Virus record (IMG/VR): IMGVR_UViG_3300025383_000010
Source: a virus
Direction: 5' to 3' (one strand)
Length of the DNA stretch: 64,000 nt
Below the pieces are notes generated by a model, which made no database searches, was not told the origin of the DNA, and was given only the letters and a program-made list of their open reading frames with translations. This document shows, piece after piece, positions 9,435 to 18,241 of this stretch. The number at the start of each line of letters is the position of its first letter. The stretch's first letter is position 1. A program made the position numbers and the translations under genes.

Positions 9435-9640
9435 TGGCACCGTTGCTTGATGATGGTCCAATCTGGTATTTTGAAGAAAAGAAACTAATATGGTCATTCT
9501 TGCCTAGAAAGTGCAAGGTCTCCGGTGAAACATTGTGGTTCAAGAAGGCTTGGAGAATTAGATTTCATGACTGGGGCGGGCACGAAGATCGCTGGTATTG
9601 TCAGCGAGAATATCTTTGGAAACTACTAAAAGAGGATTGA
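9434..9640 (+). CDS. Hypothetical protein closing the array
   Basis: TAATG overlap; lacks the C-terminal motif. Confidence 0.7.
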   Translation: MAPLLDDGPIWYFEEKKLIWSFLPRKCKVSGETLWFKKAWRIRFHDWGGHEDRWYCQREYLWKLLKED

Positions 9641-9686
9641 CATCACCTTCATAACCTGCTATAAGAGTAATTGTAAGGAGACATAT

Positions 9687-10100
9687 ATGACTATGCATTT
9701 GCTCGGACCTGCATTCTCTACGCTCAACACTAACAAGCGTAAGAAGAAGATTTCCGACAGTCAGTATCATAAGTTTGCTATGGAGCTTAACAGTTACAAT
9801 AAGCAGATGAAGAAGTATGGTCTCAAGCCCAAGACGCTAGACGAATACATTGCTTATCGTCAGGGTAAGTACAAGCCCACTCTTAAGGGTGCTCCTAAGG
9901 ATCCTATGAAGGCTACTACCCTTCGCCGCGAGACTCCGGTAGTTCCGTCTGGTGATGGCATCGGTACTACTTACGCTCGTAAGGAAAAGGTTTACACTGG
10001 TACGTTGATTAAGGGCATTGCAACTATGCACAAGAGCAATGCTGTTCCTATCATTAACGAAGAACAGATGCACGAAGTTGCCCGTATGAGGAGGGGGTAA
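9687..10100 (+). CDS. Conserved-type phage hypothetical protein
   Basis: YTGT..KGIATMHKSNAVP motif; TTGACA-17-TATAAG at 9637-9665. Confidence 0.75.
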   Translation: MTMHLLGPAFSTLNTNKRKKKISDSQYHKFAMELNSYNKQMKKYGLKPKTLDEYIAYRQGKYKPTLKGAPKDPMKATTLRRETPVVPSGDGIGTTYARKEKVYTGTLIKGIATMHKSNAVPIINEEQMHEVARMRRG

Positions 10101-10267
10101 TGACCGTTAAGGAACTCAAAGAACTGCTTGACAAGATGCCGGATGATGCTAAAGTATTCTACGAAGGCGGCGAATACAAATATGATTACCGCAGCGTCTA
10201 CAAGGTAGAATACAACGAACATACAACTTTAGCCTCTTCTGGTAATTCTGTTTTAATTAGGTGATAT

Positions 10268-10663
10268 ATGACTGATATTTCTACTGAACACATGGATGCT
10301 GTCATCAGTGACGGTATTGCGTTTCTTCGCTCTATCACGACCGCATACGGTTCTGATGAGGGCATGAAATTGTGGGATACTATTGCTAGTACTCTTGACC
10401 CTAATATCAAGGGCAAGATTTTCTTTTCCATGCTTACTAATACGCATGAGGATCGTGTTACCTTGTCTGGTGCGGTTGCTGGTACTAACAAGATCAATTG
10501 CATCAAGATCATTCGTCAGTATACTGGTTTGGGGCTGGCCGAAGCCAAGAATGCGTATGAAAACGCTGGTGATTATGGTAGCAAGGTCGTTCTTAAGGTT
10601 TACCCCAAGAATCGCCGTGAATTCATTGACGAACTTCGTCAGAATGGGATGATCGTGTCGTGA
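10268..10663 (+). CDS. Protein with ribosomal L7/L12 C-terminal-like domain
   Basis: NKINCIKIIRQYTGLGLAEAKNAYE resembles L12 KI.VIK.VR..TGLGLKEAK. Confidence 0.7.
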   Translation: MTDISTEHMDAVISDGIAFLRSITTAYGSDEGMKLWDTIASTLDPNIKGKIFFSMLTNTHEDRVTLSGAVAGTNKINCIKIIRQYTGLGLAEAKNAYENAGDYGSKVVLKVYPKNRREFIDELRQNGMIVS

Positions 10664-10917
10664 TTATTTACAAGATTCGTCACAAGGATAAGCAGGATAA
10701 GTTCCTGTCTGGGACACCCACATACCACTCTTGGCAGAAGGACGGTAGAACCTTTCCAACACTCGGCAAGCTACGTACCTTTCTCACTAACAGCATCAAG
10801 TATAACAGGCTTTCTGGTGATTGGGAAGTAGTAGAATTTGAACTAACTGAATTGTCAGCAAAAGGCGTTCACGAAATGATCAAGCCCGAACAACTAATAA
10901 AGATGCTAAAAAGATGA
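10660..10917 (+). CDS. Hypothetical protein
   Basis: ORF track. Confidence 0.7.
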   Translation: MIIYKIRHKDKQDKFLSGTPTYHSWQKDGRTFPTLGKLRTFLTNSIKYNRLSGDWEVVEFELTELSAKGVHEMIKPEQLIKMLKR

Positions 10918-11414
10918 CTCCAGAACTAGATCAACATATTAGAGAGAAGTATCCTCTTATCTTTTCGCAGCGTTGTGAAATGTCAATTGGTGATGGGTGG
11001 TTTGATATCATTGATCGGCTGTGCGCTAACATTCAAAGTCACATTGATAACGTTGCAGACCATCGTGTACGCTCTATTCAATGGAATGAGGAAGTAAACA
11101 ACCCTGACTATGATTGGGCGGACCGTAGTTTTATTAAGCGTGAAGAAAGAAAAGTTCCTGAACTTGTTGAGCAAGTCATAGCTACTCAAATCAAGGAAAA
11201 GTTCGGTACCTTGCGCTTCTACTATCAAGGTGGAGACGATTATATCAGGGGCTTAGAGGCAATGGCAGATTCAATGTCTGCTGTGATCTGTGAGGAATGC
11301 GGTTCTCCAGGTGAGCGCCGTAGTACTGAAAAAAGGCGCTGGATGAGGGTACTGTGCGAACAACACGCACATGAACAAGGTTATTTTGAAGACACTGAGG
11401 CTGATGTTACCTAA
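10914..11414 (+). CDS. Hypothetical phage protein with C-terminal CxxC
   Basis: QIKEKFGTLRFY and CEECG motifs. Confidence 0.75.
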   Translation: MTPELDQHIREKYPLIFSQRCEMSIGDGWFDIIDRLCANIQSHIDNVADHRVRSIQWNEEVNNPDYDWADRSFIKREERKVPELVEQVIATQIKEKFGTLRFYYQGGDDYIRGLEAMADSMSAVICEECGSPGERRSTEKRRWMRVLCEQHAHEQGYFEDTEADVT

Positions 11415-12201
11415 AATCATTCACCAAATTGCTCCTGCGAACAAAGACATTTGGCACGTTATGTGGCACAAGTGCTATGAATCTTGGCAGGAGCATTTTA
11501 CTGATTATGAGTTTAAATTATGGGATGATGATCAGGAGCTTGATGCTTTTGTAAAGTCCAAGTATCCTGATCTTTATCAAACATACTTGTCTTGTCCCAT
11601 TCACATTATCAAGATAGATTTTGCTCGTTTACTGATTCTAAACTATTATGGCGGCATGTATGTAGACATGGACATGTACTGCTATAAAGACTTCACTGAC
11701 GATTTGAACAACCAAATCTGTTTGATTGGGAGTCCATGGCGCAATGAAAAAGTAAACAACTGTCTAATGGCAGGAGTATCCAATCATGATTTTTGGAAAA
11801 CTCATATCAACGATGTGAAAAACAATATTGATACGATTGATCACAGAAAACTATTCACTATAGACGGCGTAGAAGATGTGAATATCAGTAACGATGAAGT
11901 CTTGCATATCGCTGGCCCATATGCATTATTAAATAGCTATAACAGTTATCCTAATAAGAGTGAGATTACTATCTTACCTAGTGAGGAATTTCAGCAGGAT
12001 TGGCTGTACTATGGACCTGAAATTAAAACTCGTCATTTTATGACAGGCAGATGGGGTCGAGAGTATTACGAAGTTCTTCAACGTAGACACAAGGAAACTT
12101 TCCCTGAATTAACCGAGAAAGAATACGAAGTTATAGAGTTCTATGGTTTCAGGCAGATCAATATGGATAACTTTGATTTCAAAACTAACTATAACACTTG
12201 A
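11404..12201 (+). CDS. Glycosyltransferase family 32 (OCH1/TcdA-like DXD)
   Basis: PKIIHQ, DFARLLILNYYGGMYVDMD. Confidence 0.85.
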   Translation: MLPKIIHQIAPANKDIWHVMWHKCYESWQEHFTDYEFKLWDDDQELDAFVKSKYPDLYQTYLSCPIHIIKIDFARLLILNYYGGMYVDMDMYCYKDFTDDLNNQICLIGSPWRNEKVNNCLMAGVSNHDFWKTHINDVKNNIDTIDHRKLFTIDGVEDVNISNDEVLHIAGPYALLNSYNSYPNKSEITILPSEEFQQDWLYYGPEIKTRHFMTGRWGREYYEVLQRRHKETFPELTEKEYEVIEFYGFRQINMDNFDFKTNYNT

Positions 12202-12231
12202 CATTTACCTATAACAGTATATAATGACATA

Positions 12232-13071
12232 ATGAAAATAGCACTAGCCTCGGATCTCCATTTGGAGTTTGAAACAATTACCCTTCCCAACACTGAAGGT
12301 GCGAAGGTACTGATCCTAAGTGGTGATATCTGCGTAGCTCATAGTCTCCATGACCATCCTATTGATAAGCCTGTTCCTGCTGATGCTATGAAGCCGGGAC
12401 GTAATCAGGGTGCTGCTGTTAAGTTCCGTGAGTTCTTTAACCACGTGAACAGTGAGTACGATCATGTGGTGTACATCGCAGGTAACCATGAGTTCTATCA
12501 TGGTCGCTATCCTGACACTATTCAGTGGCTGCGTGACGAGATTGCAAACTATAGTAACATTCACTTCCTTGATCAAGATCATATTGAGATTGATGGCGTA
12601 ACTTTTGTGGGCGGTACCCTTTGGACAAACATGAACAAGGGCGACCCCACTACTATGCACTTGATTGAGAATATGATGAATGACTTTAGAATCATTCGTA
12701 ACAGTCAGCGTAGTTATGCTAGATTCAGCCCATTGGACTCTGTAGTCCATCACAGAGCAACGCTGGAGTACATTAAGAAGACTGTTGACAGTGATCCTAA
12801 TAAGAAGTATGTTGTAGTTGGTCATCATGCTCCTACTCCATTGAGCATTCACGATAAGTACAAAAACGAGTACTACATGAATGGTGGCTATCACAGTGAC
12901 TTGTCAGAGTTCATTCTAGATCGCCCTCAGATCGTCCTCTGGACTCATGGGCATATGCATGATCCATTTGACTATATGATGGGAGAGACACGCATTGTGT
13001 GCAATCCTAGGGGCTATAAGGGACATGACCCTCGGGCTAATGTGTTTCAATTAAAGTTTATTGACATCTAA
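12232..13071 (+). CDS. Calcineurin-like metallophosphoesterase
   Basis: SDLH, GD, GNHE, HHAP, HGHMH motifs. Confidence 0.9.
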   Translation: MKIALASDLHLEFETITLPNTEGAKVLILSGDICVAHSLHDHPIDKPVPADAMKPGRNQGAAVKFREFFNHVNSEYDHVVYIAGNHEFYHGRYPDTIQWLRDEIANYSNIHFLDQDHIEIDGVTFVGGTLWTNMNKGDPTTMHLIENMMNDFRIIRNSQRSYARFSPLDSVVHHRATLEYIKKTVDSDPNKKYVVVGHHAPTPLSIHDKYKNEYYMNGGYHSDLSEFILDRPQIVLWTHGHMHDPFDYMMGETRIVCNPRGYKGHDPRANVFQLKFIDI

Positions 13072-13291
13072 GGAGATTATAATGTTCAAATGGATAGAGA
13101 AGTTAGCCGACGATCATCCGCGACGGTATCCGCTAGGTCCTGGAGAAATGCCGATACGAGATGAGCATTATGACTCTATGATCTTTGGTAGGGGTTACTG
13201 CGACATGAACGGTAAGATGCATCCGTTCAAGGTTACGCTTCCGGGCGTAATTAAAGGCATCATTACATTAAAGTTTATTGACATCTAAGGA
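13050..13291 (+). repeat. 25-bp direct repeat ATTAAAGTTTATTGACATCTAAGGA flanking a small gene
   Basis: Copies at 13050-13074 and 13267-13291. Confidence 0.9.
13082..13288 (+). CDS. Hypothetical protein between direct repeats
   Basis: Ends LKFIDI* like the upstream gene. Confidence 0.7.
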   Translation: MFKWIEKLADDHPRRYPLGPGEMPIRDEHYDSMIFGRGYCDMNGKMHPFKVTLPGVIKGIITLKFIDI

Positions 13292-13299
13292 TACTAAAT

Positions 13300-13638
13300 A
13301 TGGATATGCTTACAGGATTTCTTATTGGATTCGGTATCTACTGCTCTTTTAAGCTGGGGCAGATGACAGTTAGAAATGCACTGGCAAATCAGGGTATTAA
13401 GAATCTAATGGATAAGGCAAAGATTCCGGTTGCTGTTGCTGAAAAGATTGAGGGACACTATTATCTCTGGGAGAAGGATACTACCAACTTCTTGTGTCAG
13501 GCTCCTTCTCTTGATGAACTTCCGGCAAAGTTGATTGAGAATAAGAAAATCTCTCTTGCGTTGGTTCTATGTCCCGAAGAAAATGCAGACCAGATTTATT
13601 GGTGTATCAATGGAAAGCTAAAGATTGTTGAATCATAA
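13300..13638 (+). CDS. Membrane-anchored hypothetical protein
   Basis: ORF track. Confidence 0.7.
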   Translation: MDMLTGFLIGFGIYCSFKLGQMTVRNALANQGIKNLMDKAKIPVAVAEKIEGHYYLWEKDTTNFLCQAPSLDELPAKLIENKKISLALVLCPEENADQIYWCINGKLKIVES

Positions 13639-14171
13639 TGAAGGTTAAACTCGGGAAACACCCTAGTGGTAATGCAAAAAGAAGGGTGAGTATTGAAGTT
13701 GATAGCTTTGATACTTGGTCCCTTGACCACACCCTTGCTCTTATCATTCTTCCTGCACTGATCCAACTTAAAAACACTAAGCACGGTGTTCCTAGCAATT
13801 TCGTTGAAGACATTGCCGATGATTGGCATAGTCAAGATTGCTTTGACTTCATCAAAGAAGACAAGGATGCTGTGTTTGAGGCTGGTTGTCAAAAGTGGGA
13901 AGATGTTCTTGACAAGATAATCTGGAGTTTTCAACAAATTGCAATTGATGATGAATATGATAGTCAGTATCATCATGGTGAAATGAAGATTGGTTGGAAG
14001 CCGATCACGGTTCCGCATCCTATTACCGGTATAGTAGAAGAAATGCACGAAATGGTTGACGAGAATCCAAACGAACATTGGTATGACCACGTAGGACACA
14101 CACTGCATAATGAGCGCATCCAAGAAGGGCTTGACCTGTTCGGCAAGCACCTGCGTGACCTCTGGGATTGA
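13638..14171 (+). CDS. Hypothetical phage protein
   Basis: DTWSLDHTLA..ILPAL...HGVP; GLDLFGK..LWD. Confidence 0.75.
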   Translation: MKVKLGKHPSGNAKRRVSIEVDSFDTWSLDHTLALIILPALIQLKNTKHGVPSNFVEDIADDWHSQDCFDFIKEDKDAVFEAGCQKWEDVLDKIIWSFQQIAIDDEYDSQYHHGEMKIGWKPITVPHPITGIVEEMHEMVDENPNEHWYDHVGHTLHNERIQEGLDLFGKHLRDLWD

Positions 14172-14172
14172 T

Positions 14173-14655
14173 ATGAAACCTAAATACATAACGTTGTACA
14201 TGGATTTAGCAGACCGCATAAGCCAAATGTCTTATGCAAAACGATTGCAGGTTGGAAGTGTCATCGTAAAAGAAAACACCATTATCTCATATGGTTGGAA
14301 TGGAATGCCCTCCGGTTGGGAGAATGACTGCGAAACCCGTACTCACTATACTGACGGTGGTCCGGAAGGTCCTGTTTGGTATGATGAAAATGGCAGTATG
14401 TATGGGCTAAAGACTAAGCCCGAAGTGCTGCACTCCGAAATGAACTCCTTAATGAAGGTCGCACAATCTACCGAGTCTTCGGCGGCCGCTACTATGTTTT
14501 GTACTCACGCACCGTGCATGGACTGTGCCAAGGCTATTTACCAAGCAGGGATTTCTACTCTATATTACCGAGAAGAATACCGCTCACTAAAAGGAGTAGA
14601 GTTTCTAAAGAAATCAGGAGTAAATGTTCTCAAATATGAAGATAGGGATAAATAA
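14173..14655 (+). CDS. dCMP deaminase
   Basis: GWNG.P.G, HSEMN and PCMDC zinc motifs. Confidence 0.9.
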   Translation: MKPKYITLYMDLADRISQMSYAKRLQVGSVIVKENTIISYGWNGMPSGWENDCETRTHYTDGGPEGPVWYDENGSMYGLKTKPEVLHSEMNSLMKVAQSTESSAAATMFCTHAPCMDCAKAIYQAGISTLYYREEYRSLKGVEFLKKSGVNVLKYEDRDK

Positions 14656-14681
14656 AAGTGCTACACGCAGAGGCATCTTTT

Positions 14682-15248
14682 ATGAAAAAACTAACGCACA
14701 TACATCACATTATACCTCGTCATATGGGAGGGACTGACGATCCTTCTAATCTCATTGAATTATCACTTGCTGAACACGCCGAGGCCCATTTAAAACTTTA
14801 TGAGGACCACGGTAAAAAACAGGACCTTTGGGCTTACTATCTATTGTCAGGACAGACAGAGGAAGCCTTTTTACTCAACTGTTCTGCGGGAGGGAAGATT
14901 CAAGGGAAGGTAAATGCAGAAAACGGCCATATGCAAAAGATACAGAAAATGGCTAACTGTAGTGAAGCCGGTAAAAAGGGCGGCGCCGCAACTATGGCAG
15001 CCGGGAAAGGTGCATTTGGTGATCCGGCCGAGAGACTTAAATCGTGCATAAAGGGAGGCAAGGCTCAAGGAAAACGCAATGCCGAATCTGGGCATTTAGC
15101 AAGAATAGCCCAGATGCCCATAGAACTTAACAAGCGCACTCTTGGACAGATTTGGGTTACAGACGGTACAAATAACAAGATGCTTAAATCCGGTGAGGCC
15201 ATTCCTGAAGGATTTAGTCGTGGAAAAACTCAAAAGAAAAGTCAATGA
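14682..15248 (+). CDS. HNH homing endonuclease
   Basis: HHIIPRHMGGTDDPSNL..L...EHAEAH; GATAAATA late promoter at 14647. Confidence 0.85.
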   Translation: MKKLTHIHHIIPRHMGGTDDPSNLIELSLAEHAEAHLKLYEDHGKKQDLWAYYLLSGQTEEAFLLNCSAGGKIQGKVNAENGHMQKIQKMANCSEAGKKGGAATMAAGKGAFGDPAERLKSCIKGGKAQGKRNAESGHLARIAQMPIELNKRTLGQIWVTDGTNNKMLKSGEAIPEGFSRGKTQKKSQ

Positions 15249-15451
15249 TCAATATACCGACCGCACATAAAGCTAACATTGATATTCCATATGGGCATTT
15301 GCAGCCTGTTCTTGATTGGTGTGAGAGAAACTGTGAAGGTGATTACCGTTTTGTTGATCTTGTCGGTGATCAAGACAGTGACACAGGACGGTGGGAGTTC
15401 GTTTTTGAATCCGACCGAGACTATGTAGCATTTCTTATGTGGCAGAAGTAA
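15245..15451 (+). CDS. Hypothetical protein, LRWS-family-like outlier
   Basis: DWCERNC...FESDRDYVAFLMW. Confidence 0.7.
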   Translation: MINIPTAHKANIDIPYGHLQPVLDWCERNCEGDYRFVDLVGDQDSDTGRWEFVFESDRDYVAFLMWQK

Positions 15452-15708
15452 TGAGTTATATTGTATTACAACGAGAATCCAACAACTTCAAGGATATTTT
15501 GAATGATTCGGTCATTAAGCGCAATATTCGCTTAAAGATGAGTTTTAAGAATCACTTGATCCTAGACTTTGCTGATGAACAGACTGCATCGTACTTTATG
15601 CTAAAGTATGGCGATGATGTGGTTAGCATGTCTCATATCGTTCCTAACAGAACACCTATTCCCAATAAGGACTATGTTCCTGAGCGTAAAAAGAGAACTA
15701 AGCATTAA
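15451..15708 (+). CDS. Hypothetical protein
   Basis: Internal FADEQTASYFMLKYG. Confidence 0.65.
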   Translation: MSYIVLQRESNNFKDILNDSVIKRNIRLKMSFKNHLILDFADEQTASYFMLKYGDDVVSMSHIVPNRTPIPNKDYVPERKKRTKH

Positions 15709-16690
15709 TTAAATTAGTCTTGAAGATTTCCCAGCAGTTTTCCCAAGACCATTTCTTACTTTCTTGATATACAGCATTGCGTCCTAAGTCTAGGCAATTA
15801 TCTATTGCTACTGACAGATTTTCATCCATGAATCCAGTTATGTTCTGTTCTATTACATCAATAGGTCCAGTAACTGGATATGCTGCAACCGGTGTTCCAC
15901 ATGCCATTGCCTCAATGATGACTATACCAAATGTATCGGTCTTGCTTGGAAACACAAATACATCAGCAGATGCATAGTATTTGGCAAGCTCGGTACCTTT
16001 CTTAAGCCCAACAAACTCCACATTAGTATATTTCTTCTCAAGCTCACTGCGATATGGGCCATCACCAACTACGATCTTTTTCGCATTAGGATAATTTAGT
16101 TCACAAAAGTCCTCAATGCTTTTCTCTTTACTGATTCTACTGACACATACAAGAGTTATCTCGGATTGTTCTTTTCTATAGTAGGGATTGAATATATCTC
16201 TGTTTACACCACGAGTCCAAGATATGATGTCTCCATTGAAACCATGCTCTTTAAGTTCGTTAACCATTGACTGCGTAGTAGTAAGCACTCTACCGCTATG
16301 TTTGTGGAACCAACGCAAATATGCATATGTCCATGATTCAGGGATACGATACAATCGTTTAAGAAACTCTGGAAACTTTGTATGATAGCTAGTGTTGTAT
16401 TTCCACTTATGTTTGTCTAGCCATAACTTTGCAGCTACTCCAATTGGACCTTCAGTAGCAATATGTATGTAGTCAGGATTAATAGATTGAATCTTGGCAC
16501 CAATGCGAAATGGAAGGGAAAGTTTTACTTCTGGATATCCAATAGCAGACATATGTATAAAACTATTAGGATCAATATATACGATACGATGATCATCCTT
16601 AACGGCGACTCGTTCAAGATTTCTAAAAGTTGTGACAACACCATTAACTTGTGTTCTGAGGTTGTCAGTGATTACTAATATGGTTTTCAC
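15698..16690 (-). CDS. Glycosyltransferase family 4 (GT-B)
   Basis: QVNGVV, HIATEGP, YHT, SRISKEK, DTFGIVIIEAMACGTPV. Confidence 0.9.
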   Translation of the reverse strand: MKTILVITDNLRTQVNGVVTTFRNLERVAVKDDHRIVYIDPNSFIHMSAIGYPEVKLSLPFRIGAKIQSINPDYIHIATEGPIGVAAKLWLDKHKWKYNTSYHTKFPEFLKRLYRIPESWTYAYLRWFHKHSGRVLTTTQSMVNELKEHGFNGDIISWTRGVNRDIFNPYYRKEQSEITLVCVSRISKEKSIEDFCELNYPNAKKIVVGDGPYRSELEKKYTNVEFVGLKKGTELAKYYASADVFVFPSKTDTFGIVIIEAMACGTPVAAYPVTGPIDVIEQNITGFMDENLSVAIDNCLDLGRNAVYQESKKWSWENCWEIFKTNLINA

Positions 16691-16818
16691 TGGATATGAT
16701 GAGTCTTTTTATGCTTCAATGACTTCTTCAATGCCTTAAACCATAGTTTCTTCTCAGCATCTTTGTCCTTAAGCGTTATAGCTTCATACATCTTTTTTAC
16801 TAGGTTCTTTGTCTTCAT
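16687..16818 (-). CDS. Small basic protein (43 aa)
   Basis: Hand-read MKTKNLVKK...HHIQ*, coupled to both neighbours. Confidence 0.5.
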   Translation of the reverse strand: MKTKNLVKKMYEAITLKDKDAEKKLWFKALKKSLKHKKTHHIQ

Positions 16819-17569
16819 TTTTCATCTCCTGCCATGTAATGATTTCCCAGCGTCCGTCATGGTGTTCTACCAATGCAGTACAACTTTCTACCCAGTCGCC
16901 GTCATTCATGTATATGATATCATCAATCATCTTAATCTCAGCATGATGGATATGTCCGCAGATTACACCTGCATAACCCTTTCTCTTAGCATATGATGTT
17001 ATGTTGCCTTCAAACTTGAATATAAAGTCCATAGCTTTTTTAACACGATGCTTGAGATATTTGCTCAGTGACCAATAACCAAAGCCCAAACGGTGCCTTA
17101 TCCAATTGAATCTACTATTCAAACTCAATACGAAATCATATGCCTTATCTCCTAAGAAACTGATCCAGGGAGCTAAGCGAGTGATGCCATCAAACAAGTC
17201 ACCATGCACCACCATGTATCGTTTACCATCAACACCAATATGAGTAACAGTGTTGCAGATTTTCATTCTACCAAACGTAGCTGCATATGGCATCATTGGG
17301 CGTAAAAACTCGTCATGATTGCCAGCTACATAGATCACATCAGTATCTCTTTTACTGTGACCCAAGATTCTTCGCACCACATTAGTATGTGATTGCTTCC
17401 ACTTCATCTTGTTCTGTTGAATCTTCCAAGCATCTATGATGTCACCGACTAGGTATAAAGTTTCGCAGGTGTTGTGCTTTAGGAAATTGTTAAGCAAGTC
17501 TGCTTTACAATCCTTTGTGCCCAAATGGACATCCGAGATGAAGATGGTTCTGTATGTCTTGTGTGTCAT
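16784..17569 (-). CDS. LpxH-like UDP-2,3-diacylglucosamine hydrolase family metallophosphoesterase
   Basis: FISDVHLG, LVGDIID, GNHD, HGD, CGHIH, NDGDWVES. Confidence 0.85.
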   Translation of the reverse strand: MTHKTYRTIFISDVHLGTKDCKADLLNNFLKHNTCETLYLVGDIIDAWKIQQNKMKWKQSHTNVVRRILGHSKRDTDVIYVAGNHDEFLRPMMPYAATFGRMKICNTVTHIGVDGKRYMVVHGDLFDGITRLAPWISFLGDKAYDFVLSLNSRFNWIRHRLGFGYWSLSKYLKHRVKKAMDFIFKFEGNITSYAKRKGYAGVICGHIHHAEIKMIDDIIYMNDGDWVESCTALVEHHDGRWEIITWQEMKNEDKEPSKKDV

Positions 17570-17675
17570 ATAGCTATTTATCTGGTATGACCAAAGATAT
17601 ACATTAAAGGCTTGACATAGGCATACTATTGTGCTATAACAAGTAGTATTTGATAGAGATATGGATAAATAGTAG

Positions 17676-18221
17676 ATGAAGATCACGGAACTCCTAGAAA
17701 ATGTACAGGAACAGAAACCTATCGTCTATGTTGACATGGATGGAGTACTTGCTGACCTCTACAATCACGCTGCCGACTTGCATGATGTTGATCACTACAA
17801 CGATATGAGCAAGGAAGAATGGGAAACGTTCTTCAAGGATAGTGATGCTTATCACTTGTTTCGTGATATTCCATCCTTTGCTACTGCTAACAAACTGCTT
17901 GAACTTGTAAAGAAGTATGCAGATGGTTATACTATTCTTAGTAGCCCACTGAGCTTTGATAAGGCAGGTAGCATTAAGGGCAAAACTGAGTGGCTCAAAA
18001 AGCATATCAAGGTAAAGCCCGATAACGTAATCTTTGAGCATGACAAGTACAAGTATGCTGTTCAACCTGATGGCACTCCCAACGTGTTGATTGACGATTA
18101 CGGTGTCAACACTCGTGCTTGGAATGAACACGATGGAGTTGCTTGCAAGTATCAAGCTGATGAAGATTCTCTGGATAAGGTGGTAGCAGTTCTGCAAAAG
18201 GTCTTCGGCAAAGATAAATAA
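17676..18221 (+). CDS. 5'(3')-deoxyribonucleotidase (HAD)
   Basis: VDMDGVLAD, ILSSP, K..WL, LIDD. Confidence 0.85.
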   Translation: MKITELLENVQEQKPIVYVDMDGVLADLYNHAADLHDVDHYNDMSKEEWETFFKDSDAYHLFRDIPSFATANKLLELVKKYADGYTILSSPLSFDKAGSIKGKTEWLKKHIKVKPDNVIFEHDKYKYAVQPDGTPNVLIDDYGVNTRAWNEHDGVACKYQADEDSLDKVVAVLQKVFGKDK

Positions 18222-18241
18222 GACAAAGATTCGGAGATTTT

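Larger units (their letters stand above)
6546..9436 (+). repeat. 13 copies of gene-junction motif TTGAGGTGGTCATGA (6 exact)
   Basis: Exact at 6755, 6973, 7146, 7651, 7875, 8694; variants at 6546, 7430, 8108, 8380, 8945, 9157, 9420. Confidence 0.9.

Noticed and set aside
6546-9436. LRWS junction repeats as a CRISPR array or attC sites
   Set aside because: Repeats are 15 nt, non-palindromic and coding; spacers are 170-320-nt ORFs; no cas or integrase gene in the window.
14110-15248. Group I intron around the HNH next to dCMP deaminase (and around other HNHs)
   Set aside because: Flanking genes are complete; the HNH genes appear free-standing.
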